Positions 47,583 through 56,572 of a stretch of DNA of 64,000 bases are shown one piece after another (within the stretch, counting starts at the first letter, position 1; every line of letters starts with the position of its first letter). Origin of the DNA: a virus. A program made the position numbers and the translations under genes. The stretch is from the IMG/VR virus record IMGVR_UViG_3300025466_000023, positions 1-64,000 of that record; one strand, written 5' to 3'. The notes beneath the pieces are model-generated. The model had not been told where the DNA came from and did no database searches. It saw only the letters and a list, made by a program, of their open reading frames with translations.

Positions 47583-47780
47583 ATGATTAGAATCGATCCC
47601 ACACTGAATCCACTCGAGGTCATCATCGTGACCGAACACATGCGAGAGCGGGGCAAAGAGCACTATCAACTCCTACCCGGCAACCGTTGTATTTGGGCCA
47701 CATCAGGCTCAAGTTCTTGCCCTATCAACGAATATTTTATCTTTAGAGATGGAAAACTGGTTGACATACAGATAGACTGA
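47583..47780 (+). CDS. Hypothetical early protein
   Basis: 65-aa ORF in the co-oriented array. Confidence 0.6.
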   Translation: MIRIDPTLNPLEVIIVTEHMRERGKEHYQLLPGNRCIWATSGSSSCPINEYFIFRDGKLVDIQID

Positions 47781-47819
47781 TGTTATACTACACATACACT
47801 GAAACTAAAGGAGCATGAT

Positions 47820-48044
47820 ATGGAACTAGCAACACGCGAACTATACGATCAACGCCACGGCGGACCTTTTGATAGGGGTTCAGCTGATTCATGGTATGGT
47901 CGTGCATTTGATCCGCACTACTACGTCGAAGGCACAGCCACTAGCACTAGAGTCGGACTTGCTGGGATGACAGCTGAAGAAATCACAGCCTATTCCGCTG
48001 GTTACAGCTGGAACGAGAAGTTTGGCGGTAAAAAAGAATACTAA
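47820..48044 (+). CDS. Hypothetical phage protein (RHGGPFDRGSADSWYGR motif)
   Basis: Promoter 47761 plus SD. Confidence 0.75.
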   Translation: MELATRELYDQRHGGPFDRGSADSWYGRAFDPHYYVEGTATSTRVGLAGMTAEEITAYSAGYSWNEKFGGKKEY

Positions 48045-48103
48045 ATGGTTGACAAATGGTTTAACCGGCAGTATAATATACACATACACTAAGAAGGAGC
48101 GAT

Positions 48104-48367
48104 ATGAACATTAGCACACTAGAATCCTATGTAGAACAGCAAAATCGCTGGGGTTCGATCTTTGGTCAGGCGCAACTGAGTCTGCTGTCCGCAGAAGATC
48201 GCCAGCGTATCGCAGATCGCATCGAAGCAGATCTTTCACCCGAGAACCTCACATGCGATGGTGAGTTAAGCAGGTCTGCTGTAACAGCTCGTTACAACTT
48301 GTTGACGAGGGCCGCTCAAGAGCTGGCTAGCATTGACCCTAATGTAGTTTTCTGTGACTTTATCTAA
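48104..48367 (+). CDS. Hypothetical phage protein (LSPENLTCDGE motif)
   Basis: Promoter 48049 plus SD. Confidence 0.75.
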   Translation: MNISTLESYVEQQNRWGSIFGQAQLSLLSAEDRQRIADRIEADLSPENLTCDGELSRSAVTARYNLLTRAAQELASIDPNVVFCDFI

Positions 48368-48376
48368 GGAGATATT

Positions 48377-48961
48377 ATGCCAAATTGGTGCAACAACGTC
48401 ATCGAAGTAAGCCATATCGATCGATCAAAGATGGAGGCTCTTGTGGCCGCAGTTAATGATCACAACTTCTTCAAGCATGTGATTCCTATTCCTGAGGGTC
48501 TGGATATCGTAGCAGGTCGAGTAGGGGCCGATGACAATGCAGAGCAGATCGCCCTAGAGGCCCAAGAGAAACTCAACGAAGAACGTCACGGTTACAAGAA
48601 CTGGTATGACTTTTGCGTTAATGAGTGGGGAACCAAGTGGGATACAGACGCTTATGATACTGTGATACTCCCAGAGGACAGTAACAAGGTTACCTTTGGC
48701 TTTGACACAGCGTGGGGACCGGCTACAGGTGTCTATGATGCCTTGATGGATCAAGGGTTCGCAGTTCGTGCCTATTACTATGAGCCTGGCATGGCTTTCT
48801 GCGGAATACACGATGAGAACGGTGATGAGACCTATGACATCGGTGGCTATACATCGGAGACCATCAAGGATGCGATCCCTGAAGAATTAGACGAGATGTT
48901 CGCTATCTCAGAGGTTATGGCTGAATACGAAGCCGAAGAGGAAGTTAATGAAGACGAATGA
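48377..48961 (+). CDS. DUF1281/YubB-like protein
   Basis: MPNWCNN...WYDFCVNEWGTKWD...FDTAWGP...YYEPGMAFCG. Confidence 0.75.
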   Translation: MPNWCNNVIEVSHIDRSKMEALVAAVNDHNFFKHVIPIPEGLDIVAGRVGADDNAEQIALEAQEKLNEERHGYKNWYDFCVNEWGTKWDTDAYDTVILPEDSNKVTFGFDTAWGPATGVYDALMDQGFAVRAYYYEPGMAFCGIHDENGDETYDIGGYTSETIKDAIPEELDEMFAISEVMAEYEAEEEVNEDE

Positions 48962-49175
48962 AGTCATTCAATGGTTGGGTGCCCTTGGGATCATAGGAGG
49001 GCACCTCCTTAACTCGATGGGCCCAGAGTACTATCCGTGGAACATAGTCAGCTTCTTTACGGGCACGTGCTTGTTCATGGTTTGGTGTATACGTGTGGGA
49101 AATAAGCCACAGTTAGCTGTCAACGTTGTGGCTTTTTTGCTAGGCGTAATAGGATTAATCCGCGCATTTGGTTGA
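48948..49175 (+). CDS. Small membrane protein
   Basis: Three hydrophobic segments; YPWN motif. Confidence 0.65.
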   Translation: MKTNEVIQWLGALGIIGGHLLNSMGPEYYPWNIVSFFTGTCLFMVWCIRVGNKPQLAVNVVAFLLGVIGLIRAFG

Positions 49176-49230
49176 CAACTGGTAAAACCTGTAGTATACT
49201 ATAGACATATTAACACAGTAAGGAGCTGAA

Positions 49231-49716
49231 ATGGGAACACGCAGTCGTATCGCAGTAATGCATGGTGATGTTTGCAAAAGCGTTTATTGTCATTGGGATG
49301 GCTATCTCGAACACAACGGAGAGATCCTCGCACAGCACTATGATTCAACAAAGGCCAACAACTTGGTCGCGCTGGGGGATCTCAGTAGCCTACGAGCTGA
49401 GATTGGTGAGAAGCACGCCTTTAGTCGACTTGAAACACCAATGGATGACGAGGCCTACGAAAAGCTCTACGGCAACATGACCACGTTCTACGGACGTGAT
49501 CGTGGCGAAGAAAACACTAGCTGGAAAGTAGCACATTCATTTGAAGAGTTCCTCGAGCAGGTTCACAACTGTGGTGCTGAGTTCTACTACGTGATGAAGG
49601 ATGAAGTATGGTACGCTGGCGCTGTATATGAAACAGCCGGCGTAATTAAGGAAGGTCTTGTACCTCTCACAGAGGCTCTCAAGACAGTTAACGTGGAGGA
49701 GACTGTAAATGGGTAA
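49231..49716 (+). CDS. Hypothetical phage protein (MGTRS...YCHWDGY motif)
   Basis: Promoter 49172 plus SD. Confidence 0.75.
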   Translation: MGTRSRIAVMHGDVCKSVYCHWDGYLEHNGEILAQHYDSTKANNLVALGDLSSLRAEIGEKHAFSRLETPMDDEAYEKLYGNMTTFYGRDRGEENTSWKVAHSFEEFLEQVHNCGAEFYYVMKDEVWYAGAVYETAGVIKEGLVPLTEALKTVNVEETVNG

Positions 49717-49843
49717 CTTTATTCTAGGAGTATTGATCACGCTGGCCATTCTTTACCCTGCGGTAACCAAAGAGTGGTTTGGCAAGGCTGTAGACACAAC
49801 TAATTCAGTAGCAACTAGCGTAATTAAGGAGAACACAAAATGA
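49709..49843 (+). CDS. 44-aa single-TM protein MGNFILGVLITLAILYP...
   Basis: GGAG SD; overlaps both neighbours; not in the ORF track. Confidence 0.55.
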   Translation: MGNFILGVLITLAILYPAVTKEWFGKAVDTTNSVATSVIKENTK

Positions 49844-50022
49844 GTAGATTTGCACAGACGTACGAAGATCCCGAGTACGAATACGAGAGTTCAGACGATG
49901 AATCCACGTGGCAGGATGTTGATACAGCGCCATTGGGTGAGATCGTCGACAACTGGGTACGCTTGACTGTGGCAGAAAAGCAACAGGAAGCATACAGTCC
50001 GTTCCAAACAAGCAACTCATAG
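49840..50022 (+). CDS. Small acidic protein
   Basis: AAGGAG SD; E/D-rich. Confidence 0.6.
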   Translation: MSRFAQTYEDPEYEYESSDDESTWQDVDTAPLGEIVDNWVRLTVAEKQQEAYSPFQTSNS

Positions 50023-50109
50023 GGGTTGACATTTGGGCATTTTGGTAGTATACTATTAATAGTTAGAAATAGTTCTAACGTTTTTTAATCACACACACAG
50101 GAGTTTTAT

Positions 50110-50451
50110 ATGAGTAATTTGTATTCACATGCAGGCGTTTCGTCTTACAATGGCGAGACCAAGGTTCGTTTCGCGAATGATGCGTTACGTGTCAAAGTAC
50201 TTGCCAAGAACGGTCACAAGGACATCGATATCGTTGAGTTACGTGAGCCTATGACCAAGGAAGCCGCTGTAGCGTTCCTCTTGTCGATCAACTTCGACAA
50301 TGGTAACAAGGTTGTACGTGCGGCCTTAGAAGCCGCGGCTGATAAGCGTGGCGTTGCTATTCCTGCAACTAAGCCAGCTAAAGCTGTCAAGGCCAAGGCA
50401 ACTGCTGTTGCTGAAGCTGTTGTTGCTGAAGCAGAACCTGCATTGATGTAA
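50110..50451 (+). CDS. Hypothetical protein with A/K-rich tail
   Basis: Promoter 50026; AGGAG SD. Confidence 0.75.
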   Translation: MSNLYSHAGVSSYNGETKVRFANDALRVKVLAKNGHKDIDIVELREPMTKEAAVAFLLSINFDNGNKVVRAALEAAADKRGVAIPATKPAKAVKAKATAVAEAVVAEAEPALM

Positions 50452-50654
50452 TGGAAGCGGTACGTGAAACTACCGATTGGGGCTCTAACAAGTGCGCTAA
50501 TCACACGTACCTCCTGGACGGTACAGCACTAGTCGGCTATATTAAAGCCAATGAAACTGTACCGTTCTTCTTCAAACAACCACTCAAGGGTTTCGATAAA
50601 CGGTACAGAACCTTTGAAAAGCTAAAGACTAACCCGTTTAAGGAATATCTATGA
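50451..50654 (+). CDS. Hypothetical protein
   Basis: TAATG coupling. Confidence 0.65.
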   Translation: MEAVRETTDWGSNKCANHTYLLDGTALVGYIKANETVPFFFKQPLKGFDKRYRTFEKLKTNPFKEYL

Positions 50655-50848
50655 AAACCATTTTATCAATCATCGGGATCATTGCATTCGTCATCCTGAT
50701 TATCATCATCGGGCCGCTGTTGACGATCTGGGCGTTTGATACCCTGTTCCCAGCACTAGCTATCCCATACACTATCTCTAATTGGTTCGCTGTCATCATC
50801 TTAGGAGCATTCTTCCGTGCAAATGTTTCGATCAAAAAGAAAGACTGA
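50651..50848 (+). CDS. Small membrane protein
   Basis: Two hydrophobic helices; AAGGA SD. Confidence 0.65.
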   Translation: MKTILSIIGIIAFVILIIIIGPLLTIWAFDTLFPALAIPYTISNWFAVIILGAFFRANVSIKKKD

Positions 50849-51275
50849 ATACGTAACCCCAGAGATCTTCAAGGACTGGTCTAATTCGGGCCACGAGCTG
50901 GAGAATATAGGTTGCCGACTTGATGCTGTCAGAGAAACGCTCGATAGGCTCTCAAAGAAAGATCTACCTGATGATCACTGGGCGATCAATCGCTGGAAGA
51001 CCGTCGAATCCATCCTGACACGCAAGTGGCAACACACAGTCAAGATGAAAGACGTCGGTCTCAGGCAGATCAAGCTCGCAGGCCGTGATTCGGGTCCCAA
51101 GATCCGATACGATTGGTGGGAACCTTCAGAAGAAGTAGCGGTCACGCTACCACTATTTGATGCATTCTACAGACTGATCACTGAAAGTTTTGGAATTCAG
51201 CAGGGTAGCCTAGAACGAGCTTGGCAAATGGCAAAACAAGAGCAATTGGAGAAAGCACGCCGCGGTTTGGCATAA
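50817..51275 (+). CDS. Hypothetical protein
   Basis: About 150-aa ORF in the array. Confidence 0.65.
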   Translation: MQMFRSKRKTEYVTPEIFKDWSNSGHELENIGCRLDAVRETLDRLSKKDLPDDHWAINRWKTVESILTRKWQHTVKMKDVGLRQIKLAGRDSGPKIRYDWWEPSEEVAVTLPLFDAFYRLITESFGIQQGSLERAWQMAKQEQLEKARRGLA

Positions 51276-51360
51276 TTAACCGTTGACATTTAGAATGTGT
51301 TCATTTACAATAGTACTACGTTGGTAGTAACCAACAATACACATTAAGAGGATTATAATA

Positions 51361-51630
51361 ATGAAACGTATTAACTTAGAAACTAAAACAGGTAAGGTTT
51401 TTTCAATGTTGCAAGCTGGTCAAAAGTTGACAGCTAGCCAAGCTAAGAAGCATGGTATTGGTAATTTGGCCGCAGAAGCATCACGTCTTCGCCAAGCTGG
51501 TTACGCAGTCTACGCTAACTCACGCAAGGCTAACAACGGCGTTGAAGTTACAGAATATGAGTTGGGTAAGCCATCACGTGAGATCGTAGCCTTGGGTTAC
51601 AAAGCTCGCGCAATGGGCATCACGCTCTAA
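51361..51630 (+). CDS. Putative winged-HTH DNA-binding protein
   Basis: LQAGQKLTASQAKKHGIGNLAAEASRLRQAGYAVY...YELG pattern; own promoter 51283. Confidence 0.55.
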   Translation: MKRINLETKTGKVFSMLQAGQKLTASQAKKHGIGNLAAEASRLRQAGYAVYANSRKANNGVEVTEYELGKPSREIVALGYKARAMGITL

Positions 51631-51684
51631 ACGAGTCGCGACAGCGACATTCGCTCCAAGTCCGGGGGTAGTGTCCCGGCATCC

Positions 51685-51726
51685 GAACCCTAGCCTATCG
51701 TGAGATAGGCCGGGGTTCACCTTTTG
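51685..51726 (+). terminator. Stem-loop terminator
   Basis: gaaccc-tagcctatc-gtga-gataggc-cggggttc followed by acctttt. Confidence 0.6.
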
Positions 51727-51811
51727 TGGCTAAAATACAACACCAAAAGAGGTTGACATTTGGTTAAACCGAAGGTATAATGTACACATACACTAACAAA
51801 ACGGAGCAGAA

Positions 51812-52153
51812 ATGAAATTACACATCGTAACGCAGTACATGGAGAACTATGGTGCCCACGATTGGGATGGCGAGGGTGAGTGCCCACAACGTTGGAAGTT
51901 CAAGGGCGGTGAGGACTATTTCTATCAGTTGGGCGCAGTAGAACCATCCGCTGAACACGTCGAAGAACTAGTCTTCGCTCTACGTGGTCAGATCGAGTGG
52001 GATGACCTGGGATCTCGTCAGTACATCACCGGCTACGGCCTTGTGGAAGATTCATTCATGACCGAGTTCGAGAAGAGCCAGCTGGAGTATGAAGGGGAGA
52101 TCACCTACCCTGCCAAGCGATTAACCCTAGAGGTTGACAGGGCTTTGATTTGA
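51812..52153 (+). CDS. Hypothetical phage protein (TQYMENYGAHDWDG motif)
   Basis: Promoter 51753 plus GGAG. Confidence 0.75.
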   Translation: MKLHIVTQYMENYGAHDWDGEGECPQRWKFKGGEDYFYQLGAVEPSAEHVEELVFALRGQIEWDDLGSRQYITGYGLVEDSFMTEFEKSQLEYEGEITYPAKRLTLEVDRALI

Positions 52154-52192
52154 AGCTATACTACACAGACACTAACAACTTAGGAGCAACAG

Positions 52193-52276
52193 ATGTCAAC
52201 AACAGCGATCATAATAGCAACATTCGTAGTTACAGCGATCTTCGCATTCAAATGCTGGTTAATCACTAAACTCTAA
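52193..52276 (+). CDS. 27-aa single-TM microprotein MSTTAIIIATFVVTAIFAFKCWLITKL
   Basis: Promoter 52134 plus AGGAG SD. Confidence 0.6.
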   Translation: MSTTAIIIATFVVTAIFAFKCWLITKL

Positions 52277-52285
52277 GGAGCACAT

Positions 52286-52498
52286 ATGAAAGTTATCGTT
52301 ACTACCACCCTAAACCAAGAGTTGGAAGTACCTGACAACTGGGATCGATTGGATGTGTTTGATTTCCTAGCTGAATGCCAGAGTTTTCGCACAGCGTTCC
52401 AGGGAGTTTCTAACGAAGATCAAACAGCTCGTATCGTCGACCTCCACGTGGTAACCGAAGAAGTCCTAGAGCTGGGAGAAGAAGCATTTGACGATTAG
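52286..52498 (+). CDS. Small acidic protein
   Basis: AAGGAG SD. Confidence 0.7.
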   Translation: MKVIVTTTLNQELEVPDNWDRLDVFDFLAECQSFRTAFQGVSNEDQTARIVDLHVVTEEVLELGEEAFDD

Positions 52499-52559
52499 GG
52501 GTTGACAACTGGTAAAACCTGTAGTATACTACACAAACACTGAAACTAAAGGAGCAGAA

Positions 52560-52877
52560 ATGAAAGAACTAGAAACTAAATCAGCAGGCTATTTCGCAGT
52601 AGCCGCGGCAATTGATGCACAGCGCCGCAATTCAAACAACAAGAGCTCATACACGCAAGAACAGATTCGCCAGGCTGTTACAGCTCGCGACTTGTTAGAC
52701 ACAGCGTTTTCTTACTCAAAGCTCTACATTAACTATCGCAAGAAGTTTATCGCTATCAAAGCAGAAGGTGCCCGTGCTAAAGATGCACTAGCTCGTGAGG
52801 TTGTTAAACTGTTTGAGAGCAACGGCTACGGTGTTGTATCTACGCCACAGGGCATGATCGTCCGTATTGACAAGTAA
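52560..52877 (+). CDS. Hypothetical protein
   Basis: Promoter 52502 plus SD. Confidence 0.7.
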   Translation: MKELETKSAGYFAVAAAIDAQRRNSNNKSSYTQEQIRQAVTARDLLDTAFSYSKLYINYRKKFIAIKAEGARAKDALAREVVKLFESNGYGVVSTPQGMIVRIDK

Positions 52878-52924
52878 GGTAAAACCTGTTATACTACACA
52901 AACACTGAAACTAAAGGAGCAACT

Positions 52925-53020
52925 ATGCAAGACGTTTTATACTTTCTTTATATGACACAAGAGCTTTGGATCTTCCTAGCTATTCTTTTAACAGCAATCA
53001 TCATCGTCGAAGGAGTTTGA
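52925..53020 (+). CDS. 31-aa single-TM microprotein MQDVLYFLYMTQELWIFLAILLTAIIIVEGV
   Basis: Promoter 52867 plus AAGGAG SD. Confidence 0.6.
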   Translation: MQDVLYFLYMTQELWIFLAILLTAIIIVEGV

Positions 53021-53021
53021 T

Positions 53022-53366
53022 ATGAAGGGTTTCTCTAAAGAGCAGATCATTTCTGCAGTTCAAGGTGCTATCCAAGAGGCTCAGATCGCGGCACGCCAGG
53101 TCTATGCCCAGGTGGGTGAACGTGATGCCTGTGGCTTTGGTTGGGTTGAGATCTATGTGGGTCGCACCAACTCTAAAGAAGCTAAGGCACTGATCGAAGC
53201 TGGCTTCCGCAAGGACTACAAGCCTAAGTGCCTTACATTCTGGGATCCAGCGGGTCTTGGCACACAGAGCGTGAGCGTCAAAGAAGCGGGAGCAGAAGCC
53301 TTTGCTCGTTACTTTAAGGCCATGTTCCCCGAGGCCAAGATCTACGGTTGTAGCAGATTGGATTGA
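53022..53366 (+). CDS. Hypothetical phage protein (ACGFGWV...SRLD motifs)
   Basis: AAGGAG SD. Confidence 0.75.
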   Translation: MKGFSKEQIISAVQGAIQEAQIAARQVYAQVGERDACGFGWVEIYVGRTNSKEAKALIEAGFRKDYKPKCLTFWDPAGLGTQSVSVKEAGAEAFARYFKAMFPEAKIYGCSRLD

Positions 53367-53449
53367 TGTTGTAAAAATACAACGGGGAGTTGGTTGACAA
53401 GGCCAACTTTCCCCAGTATAATACACACATACACTACAAAGGAGCGACA

Positions 53450-54154
53450 ATGTTCAAGTTACTGTCTACAGCAAATCCCAAGATCCAAAAGGGTACAGCA
53501 AAAGGTTATCTGTCATTTATTCTGCACCTTGCGCCAGCAGACTTGAGCGGTCGTGAAGTATGCCCTAAGCGTACAGCTGGTTGCACGGCGGCCTGTCTCA
53601 ATACAGCGGGCAGAGGTGGTATGTTCAAGCGCGGTGAAACAACTAACGTGATACAGCAGGCTCGTATACGCAAGACCCAATTGTTCTTCGCAGACAGAAC
53701 CACATTCTTTAACTATCTCACGCAAGATATCCAAAAGGCTCTATCAATGGCCAAGAAGCTGGGACTCAAGCCCGTGTTCCGCTTGAATGGAACTAGTGAC
53801 TTGAGCTGGGAGAAATATACCATAGCAGACACTGGCTTGAACATCTTTGAAATGTTCCCAGAAGTACAGTTCTATGACTATACCAAAGTACTTGGGCGCA
53901 AGGTCAAGGACATTAATAACTATCACCTTACATTCAGCAGAGCAGACGGCAATGCCGCAGATGTTCCCAAAGCGGTTGCTCAGGGCATGAACGTAGCAGT
54001 GGTCTACGACGAGATCCCCGAGAATGTATTCTCAGCGGACGAAGATGACTTGCGCTTCTTGGATCCCAAGGTAGGCGTCATCGGACTCAAAGCCAAAGGT
54101 CGTGCCAAGAAGGACACTACAGGTTTCGTAATCCGCATCAAGGTCTTAGCATGA
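53450..54154 (+). CDS. Gp88-like Cys-motif protein
   Basis: VCPKRTAGCTAACLNTAGRG, FRLNGTSD, QFYDYTK, YHLTFS, DDLRFLD; start reassigned after promoter 53394. Confidence 0.75.
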   Translation: MFKLLSTANPKIQKGTAKGYLSFILHLAPADLSGREVCPKRTAGCTAACLNTAGRGGMFKRGETTNVIQQARIRKTQLFFADRTTFFNYLTQDIQKALSMAKKLGLKPVFRLNGTSDLSWEKYTIADTGLNIFEMFPEVQFYDYTKVLGRKVKDINNYHLTFSRADGNAADVPKAVAQGMNVAVVYDEIPENVFSADEDDLRFLDPKVGVIGLKAKGRAKKDTTGFVIRIKVLA

Positions 54155-54372
54155 TAGAGATCAACGGACTAACCCAACGGCAACGCAAGATCGCAGACGT
54201 GCTTTGGATGATGAATGGCCGGGAGGCCGTTCTCAGCTTTATCAACAGTCTAGAAGCTGATACCAAGCGAGATGCTGAAGTAGTGCTCAACATGATGGTC
54301 GCGGCCGTCATGGATGAGATCGAAACTGTGGAGCCAGAAACACAAGAACTCATTGACAAATTCCGAAACTGA
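54151..54372 (+). CDS. Hypothetical protein
   Basis: ATGA coupling. Confidence 0.65.
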   Translation: MIEINGLTQRQRKIADVLWMMNGREAVLSFINSLEADTKRDAEVVLNMMVAAVMDEIETVEPETQELIDKFRN

Positions 54373-54411
54373 CAGTATAATACACATTTACACACTAAGA
54401 AAGGTAATTTA

Positions 54412-55278
54412 ATGGCCAAGGCAAAACCCTCGCTAGTTTCTAGTTTACTAGAGTTCGATCAAGAAGCTATCCGTGCCAACGAAATGGCTGTAGCACAGGA
54501 GTCAGACGAAGAGATCGTAGAGCGTCTCAGAGAACGTTTCCAGATCCTAACAGACATGACCCGCGCTGTTCGCAAAGGTGATGTACGTGCTATGATCGTA
54601 TCAGGCCCCCCAGGAGTTGGTAAAAGCTTCGGAGTCGAAGAAGTACTGCAGAAGGACGGTATCTTCGATGTACTAGGTGAACGCAAGCCCAAGTATGAGA
54701 TCGTCAAAGGCGCTATGAGTGCCATTGGACTTTACGCCAAACTCTACGAGTTCTCAGATGCTAACCACGTGCTAGTGTTCGATGACTGTGACTCAATCCT
54801 GATGGAAGATCTTAGCCTGAACATTCTCAAGGGCGCATTAGACAGCAGTAAGAAGCGTTTCATCTCATGGAACACTGACTCACGTTTACTACGTAGTGAA
54901 GGCATTCCAGATCGTTTCGAGTTCAAGGGTGCGGCTATCTTTATTACCAATATCAAGTTCGAGCACGTCAAGAGCAAGCGACTGAGAGATCACTTGGATG
55001 CATTGGAAAGCCGTTGCCACTATATCGATCTGCAGATGGATACCACACGTGAGAAGATACTCAGGATCAAGCAGATCGTCAACGACGGCATGTTGGATGC
55101 ACACGAGTTCGAAGAGCCAGAGATCGCCAAGGATGACATCGTCAAGTTCATCACAGACAACAAGGACAAGTTACGTGAGCTGAGCCTGCGCATGGTGCTC
55201 AAGCTAGCAGACTTGAAGAAGAGCTTTCCAGCCAACTGGACAGCTATGGCACGTACAACCTGCATGCGGAGAACATAA
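54412..55278 (+). CDS. AAA-family ATPase
   Basis: Walker A SGPPGVGKS, Walker B VLVFDDCD, FITN, ALESR. Confidence 0.88.
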   Translation: MAKAKPSLVSSLLEFDQEAIRANEMAVAQESDEEIVERLRERFQILTDMTRAVRKGDVRAMIVSGPPGVGKSFGVEEVLQKDGIFDVLGERKPKYEIVKGAMSAIGLYAKLYEFSDANHVLVFDDCDSILMEDLSLNILKGALDSSKKRFISWNTDSRLLRSEGIPDRFEFKGAAIFITNIKFEHVKSKRLRDHLDALESRCHYIDLQMDTTREKILRIKQIVNDGMLDAHEFEEPEIAKDDIVKFITDNKDKLRELSLRMVLKLADLKKSFPANWTAMARTTCMRRT

Positions 55279-55571
55279 TGGCACGCTCGGATGCAGACTA
55301 CATCACGCTCAAGGCCCTAGGCTGTCATTGGCTAGGCCCTGAGTACGATAGCCGTAGGCACATGGGCCCTACACCCTACTGTGGATGCAAGACTCTAGTG
55401 CCAGGCACGCTCTACTGCACAGAGCATTACCCGCAGATGTATCAAAAGGGTAGCGCACTACGCAAGCGCCACAAGGACATACGCAGGGCAGAAGCTGTAT
55501 GGGACATCGAAAGCCTATTCCATGAAGCTGTAGCCGAGCTGGAAGCAGAAGGTGAAAACATCCTAGATTGA
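55278..55571 (+). CDS. Hypothetical Cys/His (Zn-finger-like) protein
   Basis: CHW...YCG...YCTEH. Confidence 0.6.
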   Translation: MARSDADYITLKALGCHWLGPEYDSRRHMGPTPYCGCKTLVPGTLYCTEHYPQMYQKGSALRKRHKDIRRAEAVWDIESLFHEAVAELEAEGENILD

Positions 55572-55909
55572 CAGCTCAAAAGCATGCTTAGGAGGCCGGT
55601 GGTACTACCAGGGGGTGGCCGGTCATGTAAGCATGCTTTGTTGTTTTTGCGCAACAGCGCATGCCAAAAATACCCCACCAGTTAGATGGGATCACCAGGG
55701 GTTTGGTTCTCCAGGACCTGGATTTTTTGCACCCAATTTTTTTTACCACTAGCCTTGAAATCTTCAAATTAAAAAATTTGCGCAGAAAATTTTTATTGAC
55801 TGCGCATGCGGTCTCTGTTATAATATAGCTATGATCAATCCCTTACCCGAACGGCCCATTACACCCGAAGAGCTAGAAGCTTTTCTACAGTGGCTTATGA
55901 GTCATTAGC

Positions 55910-56119
55910 GTGGATCATCACACTATACTAGCTAGGATCATCGGTTGTTTACTCAGCTTACTAGATGCGGCCAATCTACGCAATCGTGCTTATCTAGCTG
56001 AACAGCGAGTAGCCACTCTAGAACTAGCCATAGAAGACATAGCTCGTATCAATAGTCGCAGTCCCACGCCCAATCCCTTGATCACTCAAATAGCTTCCCG
56101 CATACAATCTAGTAAATAA
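55910..56119 (+). CDS. Hypothetical protein
   Basis: 69-aa ORF downstream of a TTGACT-N17-TATAAT promoter at 55796. Confidence 0.5.
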   Translation: MDHHTILARIIGCLLSLLDAANLRNRAYLAEQRVATLELAIEDIARINSRSPTPNPLITQIASRIQSSK

Positions 56120-56123
56120 CTGC

Positions 56124-56309
56124 ATGTCTGCAGAATCACTAGTATCAAGACTCATGCAATACAGCCATCAGCTACATCCACAGTACTCGCGTGAACAGCA
56201 CTGGGCTTGGATATCTAGTGTTCTTGCCAGTCTAGTACTAGAAAAGAATCATATGGACAACATAGTCTTAGCTAGGCTTAATGCTAGACTTGACAGCTTG
56301 TTGAGTTAA
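56124..56309 (+). CDS. Hypothetical protein
   Basis: TAAATA-N5-ATG. Confidence 0.6.
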   Translation: MSAESLVSRLMQYSHQLHPQYSREQHWAWISSVLASLVLEKNHMDNIVLARLNARLDSLLS

Positions 56310-56321
56310 ATTAGTTAAATT

Positions 56322-56540
56322 ATGCTACAGTACTATATACTAACACTATCACCTAGAGCCAGAGAAGTCTTTGCTTGGATACATGATAACAGTATCACGT
56401 GTGAAGTGCATCTCAATCGCACACGTTTTTGGCTCGATCCTGATACCAAGCTATACACAGAGTTTGCCATTCGTTTTGCTGACTCTTGTCCTGAAGTTTT
56501 AGAATCTCCAGATGACTACGGTTTAGGCCATTATCCCTAG
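56322..56540 (+). CDS. Hypothetical protein
   Basis: 72 aa; EVHLNRTRFW. Confidence 0.6.
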   Translation: MLQYYILTLSPRAREVFAWIHDNSITCEVHLNRTRFWLDPDTKLYTEFAIRFADSCPEVLESPDDYGLGHYP

Positions 56541-56572
56541 CGTTTTTGTTATTGATTTTAAATATCTATACT

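Larger units (their letters stand above)
44147..54381 (+). promoter_or_regulatory. Array of near-consensus sigma70 early promoters
   Basis: TTGACA-N17-TA(T/C)A(A/C)T with -35 at 44147, 46226, 46488, 46643, 47039, 47761, 48049, 49172, 50026, 51283, 51753, 52134, 52502, 52867, 53394 and 54353 (+), and 46179 (-); most are followed by an acac...AAGGAG leader. Confidence 0.9.

Noticed and set aside
46200-54400. Regularly recurring ~30-60-bp repeats read as CRISPR or attC sites
   Set aside because: They resolve to -35/-10 promoters plus SD leaders separated by whole genes; no integrase is present.
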